Source: Ochotona princeps
Taxonomy: Eukaryota
NCBI RefSeq assembly: GCF_030435755.1
Contig: NC_080837.1
Coordinates: 45,139,563 to 45,203,562 of the forward strand
Direction of reading: 5' to 3'
Length of the DNA: 64,000 nucleotides
The notes beneath the pieces were generated by a model. It worked only from the letters and a program-made list of their open reading frames with translations, searched no databases and was not told the DNA's origin. Every line of letters begins with the position of its first letter. The first letter of the stretch is position 1. Made by a program: the position numbers and the translations under genes. Positions 53,100-64,000 of the stretch are shown here, piece by piece.

Positions 53100-53150
53100 G
53101 ATAGATAGATAGAAAGATAGATAGATGGATAGATAGTGTTGTGGCATCAT
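53100..53150. repeat. (GATA)n microsatellite
   Basis: The stretch reads agatagatagatagaaagatagatagatggatagatag. Confidence 0.9.
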
Positions 53151-53364
53151 TTTGATCATTCCAGCCAGGAGGCAGATCAGAGATTGGAATGGAAAGCAAT
53201 TTGAACTACTGCTGTCTTTTACAGATCCCTTTGTGTGACAATGACTTAGGAACATGCCAAGAACTCTTCATCACTCTGTGCTTTGGTTTATTGTGATGTG
53301 GAACCCTCATCCTCTTTTCCATCCTACAAAGCTAAGCTCAAAGGTTTAACAAAAAATTTTTCCC

Positions 53365-53660
53365 TGGAGCCAGAACTTGTGCAGCACGTTAGGCTGCCGC
53401 TTGCAGCACCGGCATCCATCCCACATGGACACTGGTTTGAGTCCTGGCTGCTCCATTTCTGATCCAACTCCCTGCTAATGTGCCTGGAAAAGCCACAGAG
53501 GATGGCCCACGTGACTGCGCCCCTGCACCCACTTGAAACCTGGATCAAATTCTGGCTGCTGTCCTTCATTTGGGAACTGAACCAGCAAATGAAAAATCTC
53601 TTTTTCTATGCTTTTCCTTCTGTTACACTGCCTTTCAAATAAACAAAGAAAATAAATTAC
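53365..53660 (+). mobile_element. SINE (divergent)
   Basis: The copy resembles the SINE consensus. Confidence 0.55.
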
Positions 53661-53811
53661 ACCTAATAGCTGCACTGTACTTCTCTCTGAATGAACTCAT
53701 GGACAAACAAATGTGAGAGATTGCTTGAAGGCGAGTGATGGATTTCCTGGTGAATAGAAGTACAGCAAACTGAAGACAGGGATACAGCTGAAGCCTTTGC
53801 ATTTGTTCCAT

Positions 53812-54112
53812 GAAGGGGCTCAGTTGGTGAAATCCTCCCACTGCAAGCGCTGGGATCTCACATGGCCTCTGGTTCATATCCTGGCTGCTCCACTTCCCAT
53901 CCAGCTTCCTGCTTATGGCCTGGGAAAGCAGCAGAGAATGGTCCAAAGCCTTAGGACCCTGCACCCACGTGGGAGACCTGGAAGAAGCTCTTAGCTCCTG
54001 GCTTTGGATGGGCTAAGCTACAGGTGTTGTGGCCACTTGGAGAATGAACAGTGGGTGGAAGAGCTATCTCTCTGTCTCTCCTCTCAGAAAACCTGACTTT
54101 CCAATGAAAAAG
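53812..54112 (+). mobile_element. SINE
   Basis: The copy resembles the SINE consensus. Confidence 0.7.
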
Positions 54113-54774
54113 AATCCTTTTCATTGAGTTCAGCTCCTGTCCAGTATACCTCTACATATCATATTACCAGTAAGTGAAAGGTTAGTTACTGCTAGAGGCT
54201 CATCAAACATACAGGCCTGGGAGGGTAATGTGGTTTTTCAAACCTGCCAGCCATTGAATGCACATTGAGAAGCAAAGATAAGGGAGTGCCACTTCATAGC
54301 TAAGATCTAGCCATGCAAAAGCAAACAGACAAATTGAGAAAGGCAGGCAGGGCAGGGGTACTCGCCGCATTGTTAGTATGCAGCAGAGTGTATATGGCTG
54401 CTGAAGTCACAAACAGTAGGGGAGAAGAACAGGGCAGAGAGAACAAATACAACCAGAGATGAAACAAGGAATTGGCAGCTAATCATAGCACAGTAGCCGA
54501 GATCAGTGAATGCATCCAAATATTCATAAGTGAGGAGTGAAACCAGAAGGCCTAGCACTGGCCTGAAGGAAGTGGTCACCACAGAGCGCAAGGGAGTCCT
54601 CCTCCTCCTCCTCACCTCCGGCCACCTTGCTGCCCTTCGTGGCTCCTCCCTCCCTTGCGGTAGTGCTCTCAGTTCTCAGCTCCTGGACTCTGAAGCTGAG
54701 TCACAGTCTTGGCCTGAGCCCCAGGCTCACCCCAAATTGCAACAAAAACACACAAGATTTCCCCCCTTTTTTTC

Positions 54775-54780
54775 TTTATT
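54775..54780 (-). terminator. PNP: PNP copy B polyadenylation signal (mirror of 45006-45011)
   Basis: TTTATT on the plus strand is at the mirrored position. Confidence 0.45.
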
Positions 54781-55217
54781 GTCAAAACATTTCAGTATTA
54801 AATAAAGTTTCTATGAGGTATTGGTCTAGTCCTTGTTTGGTCTCCAGAGTGTTAGGTGGGGCAGAACTGAACCCCCAAGAACGTGAGAAGCATCGTCTCA
54901 AACAGCTAGCAACAGCTACTGTGCAAAGTCCGAAGGCCCAGGTCAAATCCCGAGCATGTGCACGCGTGTGTCGTAGGGCACCAGCTCCAGTTCGTATGGT
55001 AGACGAGGGACTAGAAGCAAACTTGTTTGAGAAGACCACTGGGCAAGAGAACCGGGCACTGGAGTGTTTAGTGGAACAAAGTGGAGAAGGTAAAGGATGA
55101 GGATCTCCCTCTTCCTGCTAGTAAGGACACACAGGCACATGACTCCAGCTAGGGGGCCCAAGTAGACAGCAGCTACTCAGATCCTAACACGGAGAGGCCT
55201 GACCACCCCAGGGCTGG

Positions 55218-55435
55218 TCAGCTGACATTGCCAGGGAGTGGAAGGCTGGACACGAGAATGGAGACAAACTGTTCCAGTTTCTGGGCAGCTTGTTTCCCGG
55301 CTTCCAACACTTCCTCGTGGTTGGCCTTTTCCAGCTTTTCATAATCAAAGATGACTTTGTTAGTGATGAGTGAGAAGCCAAAGACTCGAAGTCCGCAGTG
55401 CCGGGCAACGATCACTTCTGGCACGGTGCTCATGC
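55218..55435 (-). CDS. PNP: PNP copy B exon 6
   Basis: Minus ORF 55218..55550. The exon translation is identical to copy A. Confidence 0.85.
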
Positions 55436-55690
55436 CTGGTGGGCACAAGAAAGGAAAGTGACCGTCAGCATCCTCGTCCTCAGCCTCGGCTTCCACTGTA
55501 ACTTCACTGCAAATGTTCAATCCCCAAATGCAAAAAAGGACACTCAACACTAAATTAGCACCGGTCTTATTTGGTGTGTATGACTTGAAATAAGTGGGGC
55601 TTTACAGGGCTTATTTCTGCATTGCTTATAAAATAGTACCGATGCCATGTTTTATATAGAAATAAACATATTGCAGTAATTTTGAAGTCA

Positions 55691-56265
<575 letters not shown>

Positions 56266-56377
56266 TCAGAAAAGGTGTTCTGAACTCTCCCATGCTGCCT
56301 CTGTAGAAGGGCCCAAAGAAGCGAGGAATACAATATAACTCAACAGACACTTCTCTTCCTTTTTGCTCCTGGCTTAC

Positions 56378-56481
56378 CTTCCAGAGTGGGTATCCTTCAT
56401 ACAAATGGAACCTGCCTTTCATCATCACACACGATGTGCCATTCAGGAAGCCAAACACCAGCTGACCAGCATGACCTGGCA
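56378..56481 (-). CDS. PNP: PNP copy B exon 3
   Basis: Minus ORF 56252..56482. The exon part is identical to copy A, with an R/Q difference in the intronic read-through. Confidence 0.85.
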
Positions 56482-58036
56482 CTGCATACCAAAAAGGGGG
56501 AAGTGGGGAGAATGATTAGGCTTAGGCTTTCATACAACACGCAGCCATTGAGCACCTGCTGTGGGCCACTTGCTGCTCAACAGAGGCGGGCATAATTCAG
56601 CAAAAGATACTATCTCTGCTTTCAGAAAGTTTTGTCTGCTGTGGTAGACGGGCATTAGTCATGATTATGCAAACATAACCTGCGATTAGAGGTAAAACTG
56701 ATCCATGTGAACATACAAAGGAAAAGGAAAGGCTTGCTAAAGAAGTTGCAAAAGAGTGAGAAAGCTACATTGTAAAACAAACAAACAAACAAAAAGAGAG
56801 CAGAGAAAAGTGATTGTGATAATGATAGACCTCTTTAAAAATACCAAAATTATCTCCTTCACTCTACTATACAGCTCCCCAACCCAGCAAGGGAGCCCAC
56901 TTATCACTCAATGCAGTGCCCAGCTCACTGGGAGTGGAAGTGGCAGATGCAGCCAATGTCACTACTATCTTAAAACAATTTACAAAAAAAGCCTTCCTTG
57001 TCACTGTAATATTTCCTTCTCCAACCCCCATTCTCATCTCTCTATTCTAGTCTTCCAATCTTGTCCAAAGAGTTTAACAATCTTTGTTCAAAGAATGAAT
57101 TCTGCAGAGACAGAAGATAGGAATCTTAAACATTTGTGAATAAGCCCAGGGAAGCAAGTTATTGACAAAATCAGTAAGTCAACCAAATAAAGTACCCTTG
57201 GCCCTTCCTTGCCAGTTTCACCTGGCTGAGTGTGGCCATTGGGTGCTTTCCCGAGCTCTCAGGGCTCCCCTGTAGATAAGGGGCTATCTGCCGCTTTCCC
57301 TTTCCAACGGGTCAGCTAGTCAGGCCTTTCCACCCGTGCAGCGAGCTGTGGCTATGTCTGCAGAGCACCCTATGCCACCTTCTCATCTGCTGCTGGGCAC
57401 AAAGGTGTGTCTTAACCCAGCCAGGGAAGGTGTGACTTTGTCCCGGAGTCCAAATACTGCTTGTCCTCACAGTACTATCGACAGTACCGTCTGAACGTGC
57501 TGACAGTAGGGGAGGAGGCATGTGGCTGGGAAGTAGGTAAGTGGCTTATCCTGGGGTCTGGAGGAGCTCTGAGTCAGCAAAGCTTAGGAAAGATGGAATG
57601 ATGCCACCCTAGTTGCACTAACACATACTTGTCCTATTACCACATTTCTGCCGGAAAAGCTTCACTCCCGAGTCATCCTGGTTGAGAGTGGACATTTTTC
57701 TTCTCTTACATTTATCTTGAGCAAATACTGGGTCATAGGATAATAAGCTTTGACCTCCTTGATTGGATTCCACAGCATGCCATCAATACAAATCCCCCCC
57801 CCCGCCCCGGCCCCAGGGGGCGGTGCCAGCGCATCCTGTGAGTGCTGGTTGGAGTGCCAGGCATTTAGGGAGTGAACCAACAGATGGGATCTCTCCTCTC
57901 TCTGTATCTGCCTTTCACATAAAAATAAAATTTCATTTATAATTATATATACATACATACATACATATATATGCATGCAGACATATGTATCTACATATTT
58001 CCCTCAGTGCCATCCCCAGCATTCCTCTGGTCGTAC

Positions 58037-58206
58037 CTGTACTTTGGGGAAAATTGGGTATCTCACTGTAGTTAAAGACCTGGGCCTCCGTTAATTTATC
58101 AGTCAAACCTCCTAGCCCAGAACCACAGATCACGGCCACTTGAGGGCGGTGCGTGGTGTGAGACAGCAGCCATTCTGCAGTGTTCTGATAATCTTCATAT
58201 GTGAAT
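58037..58206 (-). CDS. PNP: PNP copy B exon 2
   Basis: Minus ORF 57933..58358. The exon part is identical to copy A, with a ctag|ATTCAC acceptor at 58206. Confidence 0.85.
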
Positions 58207-61024
58207 CTAGAACAAGAAGAGAAAACGAAAGTGAGTGCTGCTCCCAGCCACAGGTGTCCAACAAATGACCAACAGGCTGGCAGGTACACCGAGACAGCAG
58301 GGGACAGAGAAACTGGCTCCGAGGGAGAAGCCACAGCATACTCACCCACCCATTCCACCAGCCCTTTCTGAATTCAGCCCGGGGACCCCAGACATGAAAT
58401 TACCCCCACTGGAGAGGCTAAGTTTATAAAGCCCATGTCTCTACCAACAGCCCCGCCTCTGTCCTGTTACCCATAGCAGGTTTAATCTCCCTTCTGAAAT
58501 GACTTCATCCAGTCAGCAAGGTCAAAGGTTCAACCAGAGTCTGAAAAGCTTAGGGAGAGTACTCAAAGTGGGACCAGTGTGGCAGAGCCAGAGGGCGGGT
58601 GCTGGTGCCACGGAGAGCATTGTCACCCTTGTTAAGCCACCGCTTGCTTGTGACACCAGCATTCAAATGTCAAGGTCTAGTTCTGGCTGCTCCACCTCTG
58701 CTCCAGCCTCCTGCTAACACGTCTGGGAAAGCAGAGGAAAAGATGGCCCAGGTCTTTGAGCCCCTGCCACCTATGCAGAAGGCCAGGATGGATTCTTGAC
58801 TCCTGGCTTGGATCTGGCCAGTGGATGGGAGCTTCTCTTCGCTCTCTGCCTTTCAAATCAATACATCTCATTTTAAAAGGTGGGATTAAGACTTTACTGT
58901 GGGCAGCAACAAACCTAAGACAATTTTGCTCAGGATTTTATTTATCCCCTAGGGACATACAAAATGTAATGACAGGCCTGGAGCCAGCCTGGGACTCTGG
59001 GTTTAAGCTGTTGCCTGTGACACCCGCATCTCACCTGGGGGTATGGGTTTGAGTCCCAGTTGCTCCACTTTCAATCCAGTCTCCTGCTAACATGCCTGGA
59101 ACAGCAGTTCGCACTTGGGCCCCTGTACCCGGTGCAAGACCTGCATGGAGCTCTTAACTGTTTTGGGCTTGGCCCAGCCTGACGTGCAGCAGCCATTTGA
59201 GCTGTGAATCAGCAGATGGAAGGCCTCTGTCTACATCTCATTTAAAATGGAATTAAAGTTACCTTGGGGGCAGGAGGAAATCCAATTTTCTCTTGTTGCC
59301 TCACTCTCCAACTCTTTCCTCAAATACTAAAGGATCGATGTTTTGAGGAGAAAAGCACTAGCAACCTCTTAGAAGGTCTGGGTGTCGTTCATGGTTCCCT
59401 GGGTTCTTTCTGGGATAGGCAGACCCACAAACATCCCTGTCATGAGACTTGCAAGGGTGCATATAAAGGCATACAAAAGTATACCTAAGCCACAACGCGG
59501 TCGCCACAAGCTAAGCCAGCCTGACAGCATGCAATCTCAGAAGAAGCTTGTGAAAGACACAGGCCCACCCTTGCGGCTGGAACACTGCTGGAGAGAGGCC
59601 AGAGAATTCCCATTTCTGTAAAATGGCTCACATAACTGATCCCAAAGTCATGTTTGGGAATTTGGGTGGAGAGGGGAGGGAAGCAGAACTCAATCTAGAT
59701 TCTTGCTGAGGTTGTCTTTTTCAGTGAATAATCTGTGCTTTCATCTGCCTCCGGTATAAAGTAAGGCCATGTTATTTGCCCTTCTATTACTGGACAGACT
59801 CAGTTTGCAAGCGAATTTAAAACTTGCTATCCAGCCCCTGCGACACTGTCTTGCACACCTGACAATTTCTCCTTCCTTCTCTTCACCAAGGCTCCATGCC
59901 CTTGAAGGATCTGGCCGCGCACACTGACCCAGAACCGCTGCTTCTACTTCGCCAGCAAGAGTAACTCAGAATGCTTCTTACAGTCCCAAGTCCAGTTCTC
60001 ACTCCCCTCTGAAACACCAATGATTGCCTGCAGTGGAACTGAGGTTTGGCAGGGCTACAAAGCTGGCAAAGCCAACAGAGACATTCTTTCCCTTTGAGAG
60101 CAGAGCAGAGGAAGCCAGACTTACTCCCCAGTTCACGAGGTGGTGGGCAAGAGGAGAGCTGGGGGTGATGGTGAGAGCTAGTGCCACAAAATGAAAAAGA
60201 GGCAATGAGGCTGGTGAAAAATGAATCAAATGGTATCTCCAAGAGGTGCAAAGGAAAGGGAAATGTTGGAGCAGCTGCCACCTGGTGTGATAGTCCCAAC
60301 TCAGGGTTTCCTTCCTGGCCCTCAGTCCCCCAGGGATTCCCTGATCCCTGGGCAGCCGAAAGTTCTGTGATCCCTAATGCTGGTGAGCTTGACTGGAAGT
60401 CACAGGACAGACATGGGGAGAGTGGCTTCCCTGAACAGGGTGAGGATGGAGAAAGGTCTCGCTCAGCTCAGGAATAATATCTGTCTTCCCTGGGAGCCAT
60501 GATTCCCCACTGACTGATCTGATCTCCAATTCGGAGGGAAACCAACCAGAAGCAACCTGTGAGAGAGGGCGGGCACGCTTTTCTCTAAACGGGGAACTGG
60601 GGCTTCAGGCACAAACACCTTGTGGCTTTGAGTTCTTAGCATGGGCTGGAGGGCCGTCTGCCCTGCTTCGAAGTAGGTCCTATGCCTCTGTCTCCACTCG
60701 CACCCTAATCCAGGCACGCGAGCTCCCACACAACGGTCCCTTTTACGAGTAGCCCGCACCACACCAACCTGTCCCCTTCCCGCCGCGGTGGCGCCACCCT
60801 AGCTCCATTCCCGCGCGCGCCCCTGCCAGCGCGGGCTGCCTCACTGCTCTGTCGCCTCGCCCAGGACACCTAGGTTCCATGCCGGGCCTCTCTGCGTCTC
60901 CAGGGCATTTGCGCCCTCTCCCGACCCCCTCAGGGCCCAGCCAGCCAAGTTTCCCAGGCTTGGTGACAGCCATTTCCCCTCCGCAGGGTCCTCTGGGGTT
61001 CCCTGGGCCTGGTGCCCAGCTCAC

Positions 61025-61035
61025 CCGTTCTCCAT
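61025..61035 (-). CDS. PNP: PNP copy B exon 1 coding part (ATGGAGAACGG + GTGAGC donor intact)
   Basis: The reverse complement of tcacccgttctccatggtcc gives ggaccATGGAGAACGGgtga. Confidence 0.75.
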
Positions 61036-61374
61036 GGTCCGGCGTGGTCCTCTCCAAGAGCCTTTGCCTAGCTGCGATCCGCTCCGACGAGAGAAGGAGG
61101 AGCAGGACGAGAGAAGGAGAAGGTGGCTGACTCTAGGCAGCACAATTAGTTCACTGTTACCAAGTGTCGACTTACATCTCTGGCCCAGGATATGATTTGT
61201 ACGAAAACAACTGATTGGCTATCATTTGAGTGGGAACAATTGATTGGATATATAAAACAAAGATATTTTCTGACAAGGGTGTATTAACAATTGATGGGTT
61301 TTGTAGACAGGTTTATGGGAACAATCTAAGCTCCTCAGTACCTCCTCCTTTATCCTATATGAGCCTCATTCTTG

Positions 61375-61655
61375 TTTTAAAGATTTATTTATAAATCTTC
61401 TGTCTGATGATTCACTCCCCAAGTGCCCGCCACAGCTGGAGCTGCACCTATCCGAAGCCAGGATCAGGAGCTTCCTCCAGGTCTCCCATGTGGGTGCAGG
61501 GTCCCAAGGCTTTGGGCCATCCTCAACTGCTTTCCCAGGCCACAAGCAGGGAGCTGGATGGGAAGGCGGGCAGTCGGGTTTAAAACTGATGTCCATATGG
61601 GATACGGGTATATTCAATGCCAGGACTTTAGCCGCCAGGCACATGACCCTCATTC
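61375..61655 (-). mobile_element. SINE in arm B (counterpart of 36015-36338)
   Basis: The copy resembles the SINE consensus. Confidence 0.7.
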
Positions 61656-62989
61656 TATAAAAGCCTGATGCCACTAATAAATTTTGGCTATTAACCAAAA
61701 ACAAACAAACAAACAAACATAGAGAGTGTGTTGTCGCTCTCTGTGGTTGCCTCTTTGTGTAACAGAACCGACAACATCTTTCTCATTTCAATGTGTAGCT
61801 TGTTACACACAAGTCATCCTTTCCTAATCTCTTTCTCTCCACTTCCTTTCCCTATGTGTAGCAGACCTCCTCAGGCCACATTTTTAGGTATGGTCTATCA
61901 AGGATGGCACTCCAGGGGACATCAAGTACTATCTGGAGCCCTGTCCTACACCTGTCCTTAGTAAATCATTTTTACGTATCTTACTTTACGTAAAGGGTCT
62001 TTTATGAACAAGTATGTTTCTGCAGTGTTGTGAACAGATACTTGGTGGCCCAACCCATGAATGGCCCAAGAAATGTCCATCATCTCCCTTGAGATCATCT
62101 CACACCAAATTTCCACATTCTATTCGTCTAAGACTGCTTTGATCTGTTCTCAATACTCCAGTCCAGACTGCCCAGGTTCCCAGGTCACATTGCACTTAGT
62201 ATCCCAACAATGTCTCACAGCACCTCTAGGTCAAGAGAAATACTTCACAGTTTTGTTTTTAGGCCATTTGCTCCCAAAAGCTTACTTATCATGTGGGAAA
62301 GAAACACATGGAAGCTAGAATTTTTTTTAATTCATTCTAAAGAAAATTGCAAGTACTTATGGGATGTATGCACCTGCTTGGCTTTGTACAATTTAACAAA
62401 CCTTGAGACTTGACTTTGCAATCCTCATCTACTGTTTCATGTTGTTTCCCATCTAGTATTCACTTTTTATCAGAAGCATCTCCTCAAACCAGCTTTGCAA
62501 ACATATTTTGTTATTGGAAGGAATGTAGCCTAATCTAATGTTCAAAAAGTTATCTCAAACTAAGAATTCACACAGCATACAAGAACTCTAAAATATTGTC
62601 ATCTTTCCTTTTAGCTTAAAAAATATTGCATGGTATCTGTATGAGTTTATACTCTGGCGCAGAGTTTAGGAACTATGGCCTCACTTTTTCTATTACCACT
62701 TCATCTCTGAACCTATGAAGTGTAAATTAGTGGCCCATAATCCAACTGTCTGTATGAATTCCATCCCTGCCCCCTTACTTGTCAGCTGTATGATCTTAGG
62801 TAAGTAAAACTATTCCTGCGTCTCAGTTTTCTTAACTGTAAAATTGTGATAATAATAGCACTTACTATTACACAAAGATTATATGAAACAGCTATTCAGT
62901 GTTTAGACAAAGCCTGGTACTATAATAAACACACAGGAAATGATGATTATTGATATAATTATTCTCTTCTCTCTTTTCTAAAGATTTTT

Positions 62990-63292
62990 ATTTCTTTTTA
63001 TTGGAAAGTCAGATTCACAGAGAGAAGGATCTTCCAACTGCTGGTCCACTTCCTAAGTGGCTGCAACAGCTGGTGCATAGCTGATCCAAACCCAGGAGAA
63101 TGGAGTCTTTTCCAGATCTCCCATGTGGCTTCTGGGTCCCAAGACTTTTGACCATCCTCCACTGCTTTCCCAGGCCACAAGCAGGGAGCAGGATGGGAAG
63201 TGGAGTAGGTGGCATGTGAACTGCAGCCCACATGGGATCCTGGCACTTGCATGGTGAGGACTTTAGCCATCAGGCTGCTGTGCCAGGCCCTC
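62990..63292 (-). mobile_element. SINE in an arm B-specific segment, followed by (CT)n at 63325-63345
   Basis: The copy resembles the SINE consensus. Confidence 0.7.
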
Positions 63293-63349
63293 TTGTCTTC
63301 TTTTTCTCTTCTCTTTTCTTCCCTTCTCTCTCTCTCTCTCTCTCTTATT

Positions 63350-63665
63350 CTTGTTTAAGATTTATTTATTTTTATTGGAAAGTCAGATATACAGAGGAGA
63401 GACAGAGAGGAAGATCTTCTGTCCGATGATTTACTCCCCAAGTGACCGCCACAGCCGGAGCTGTGCTGATCCCAAGGCAGGAGCCAGGAACTTCCCTCCA
63501 GGTCTCCCACATGGGTACAGGGTCCCAAGACTTTGGGCCGTCCTTGACTGCTTTCCCAGGGCACAAGCAGAGAGCCGGATGGGAAGTGGGGCAGCCGGGA
63601 TTAGAACATTACCCATATGGGATCCCAGCATGTTCAAGGTGAGGACTTGAGCAGCTAAACCACAG
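63350..63665 (-). mobile_element. Full-length SINE in arm B corresponding to the truncated copy A fragment at 34895-35112
   Basis: The head-region sequence is shared with the arm A fragment. Confidence 0.75.
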
Positions 63666-63904
63666 CTCTGGGCCCCCTTCTCTCTCGTTTGTGCAGATCC
63701 ACCTAACCAAAATTGCAGCTAGGGTTCATTCCTCTGTTTGGAAATGTAAGGAGTCAGATAGGATGATAGGCAGTTAGGGTCTCTGGTTCCTGGTGAAGCT
63801 ACCTTGTCTATGTTGATCATTCAGGAGTAATGAAGAATCAATGACCAAAGCACAAGAAGGCCTGGGTAAGAGAAAAAGAGAACTGAAGCCAGCTTTTCAA
63901 AATG

Positions 63905-64000
63905 ACTTTTTTTTCAAGATTTATGTATATTTTTTGGAAAGGCAAATATACAGAGAGGAGGAGAGACAGAGAGGAAGATCTTCCTTCTGATGGTTCACTC
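63905..64000 (-). mobile_element. SINE start (truncated by the window end), apparently an arm B-specific insertion
   Basis: The mirrored arm A sequence at about 34600-34680 lacks it. Confidence 0.5.

Noticed and set aside
45255-54535. The whole structure as a simple hairpin or fold-back assembly artefact
   Set aside because: A chimeric-read fold-back artefact would give a perfect palindrome with little or no spacer. Here the spacer is 9.3 kb of non-palindromic sequence, and the arms differ by SNVs and several kilobase-scale and SINE insertions or deletions. A more complex mis-assembly cannot be excluded from the sequence alone.

Overview
This is mammalian nuclear DNA, almost certainly lagomorph and rabbit-like. 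About 55 copies of a tRNA-derived SINE with the C-repeat architecture make up roughly a quarter of the window (tRNA-like head, conserved CCCATATGGG core, AATAAAAATAAATAAATCTTT(A)n tail). The gene order matches human 14q11.2: KLHL33 (-, BTB exon at 3.7-4.4 kb), OSGEP (-, 11 coding exons, 9.17-15.70 kb), APEX1 (+, 4 coding exons, 16.6-18.4 kb, head-to-head with OSGEP across a CpG island), PIP4P1/TMEM55B (-, 7 coding exons, 19.4-22.1 kb, tail-to-tail with APEX1), and PNP (+, 6 exons, 38.75-44.57 kb). For OSGEP, APEX1, PIP4P1 and PNP the exon phases were reconstructed by hand and the CDS lengths come to 335, 317, 277 and 289 aa. The most interesting feature is a large inverted segmental duplication. 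Arm A (about 34.7-45.26 kb) contains the PNP transcription unit. Arm B (about 54.5 kb to beyond 63.9 kb, running off the window) is its reverse complement, and the two arms are separated by a 9.3 kb non-palindromic, SINE-rich spacer centred near 49.89 kb. Arm B carries a second PNP copy on the minus strand (exon 1 at 61025-61035 to the stop at 55218) whose six exons encode an identical protein, with an intact ATG, intact splice sites and an intact polyA signal. The gene-body arms are about 99.8% identical. Arm B lacks about 2 kb that is present in arm A (36.68-38.64 kb), and this missing block includes the canonical PNP promoter (inverted CCAAT, TATAAG). The proximal breakpoint falls between the TATA box and the presumed transcription start site. 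A short flank segment is only about 85% identical, so identity is mosaic, and several SINE insertions are specific to one arm. All coordinates were read by eye and are approximate to +/-2 nt.
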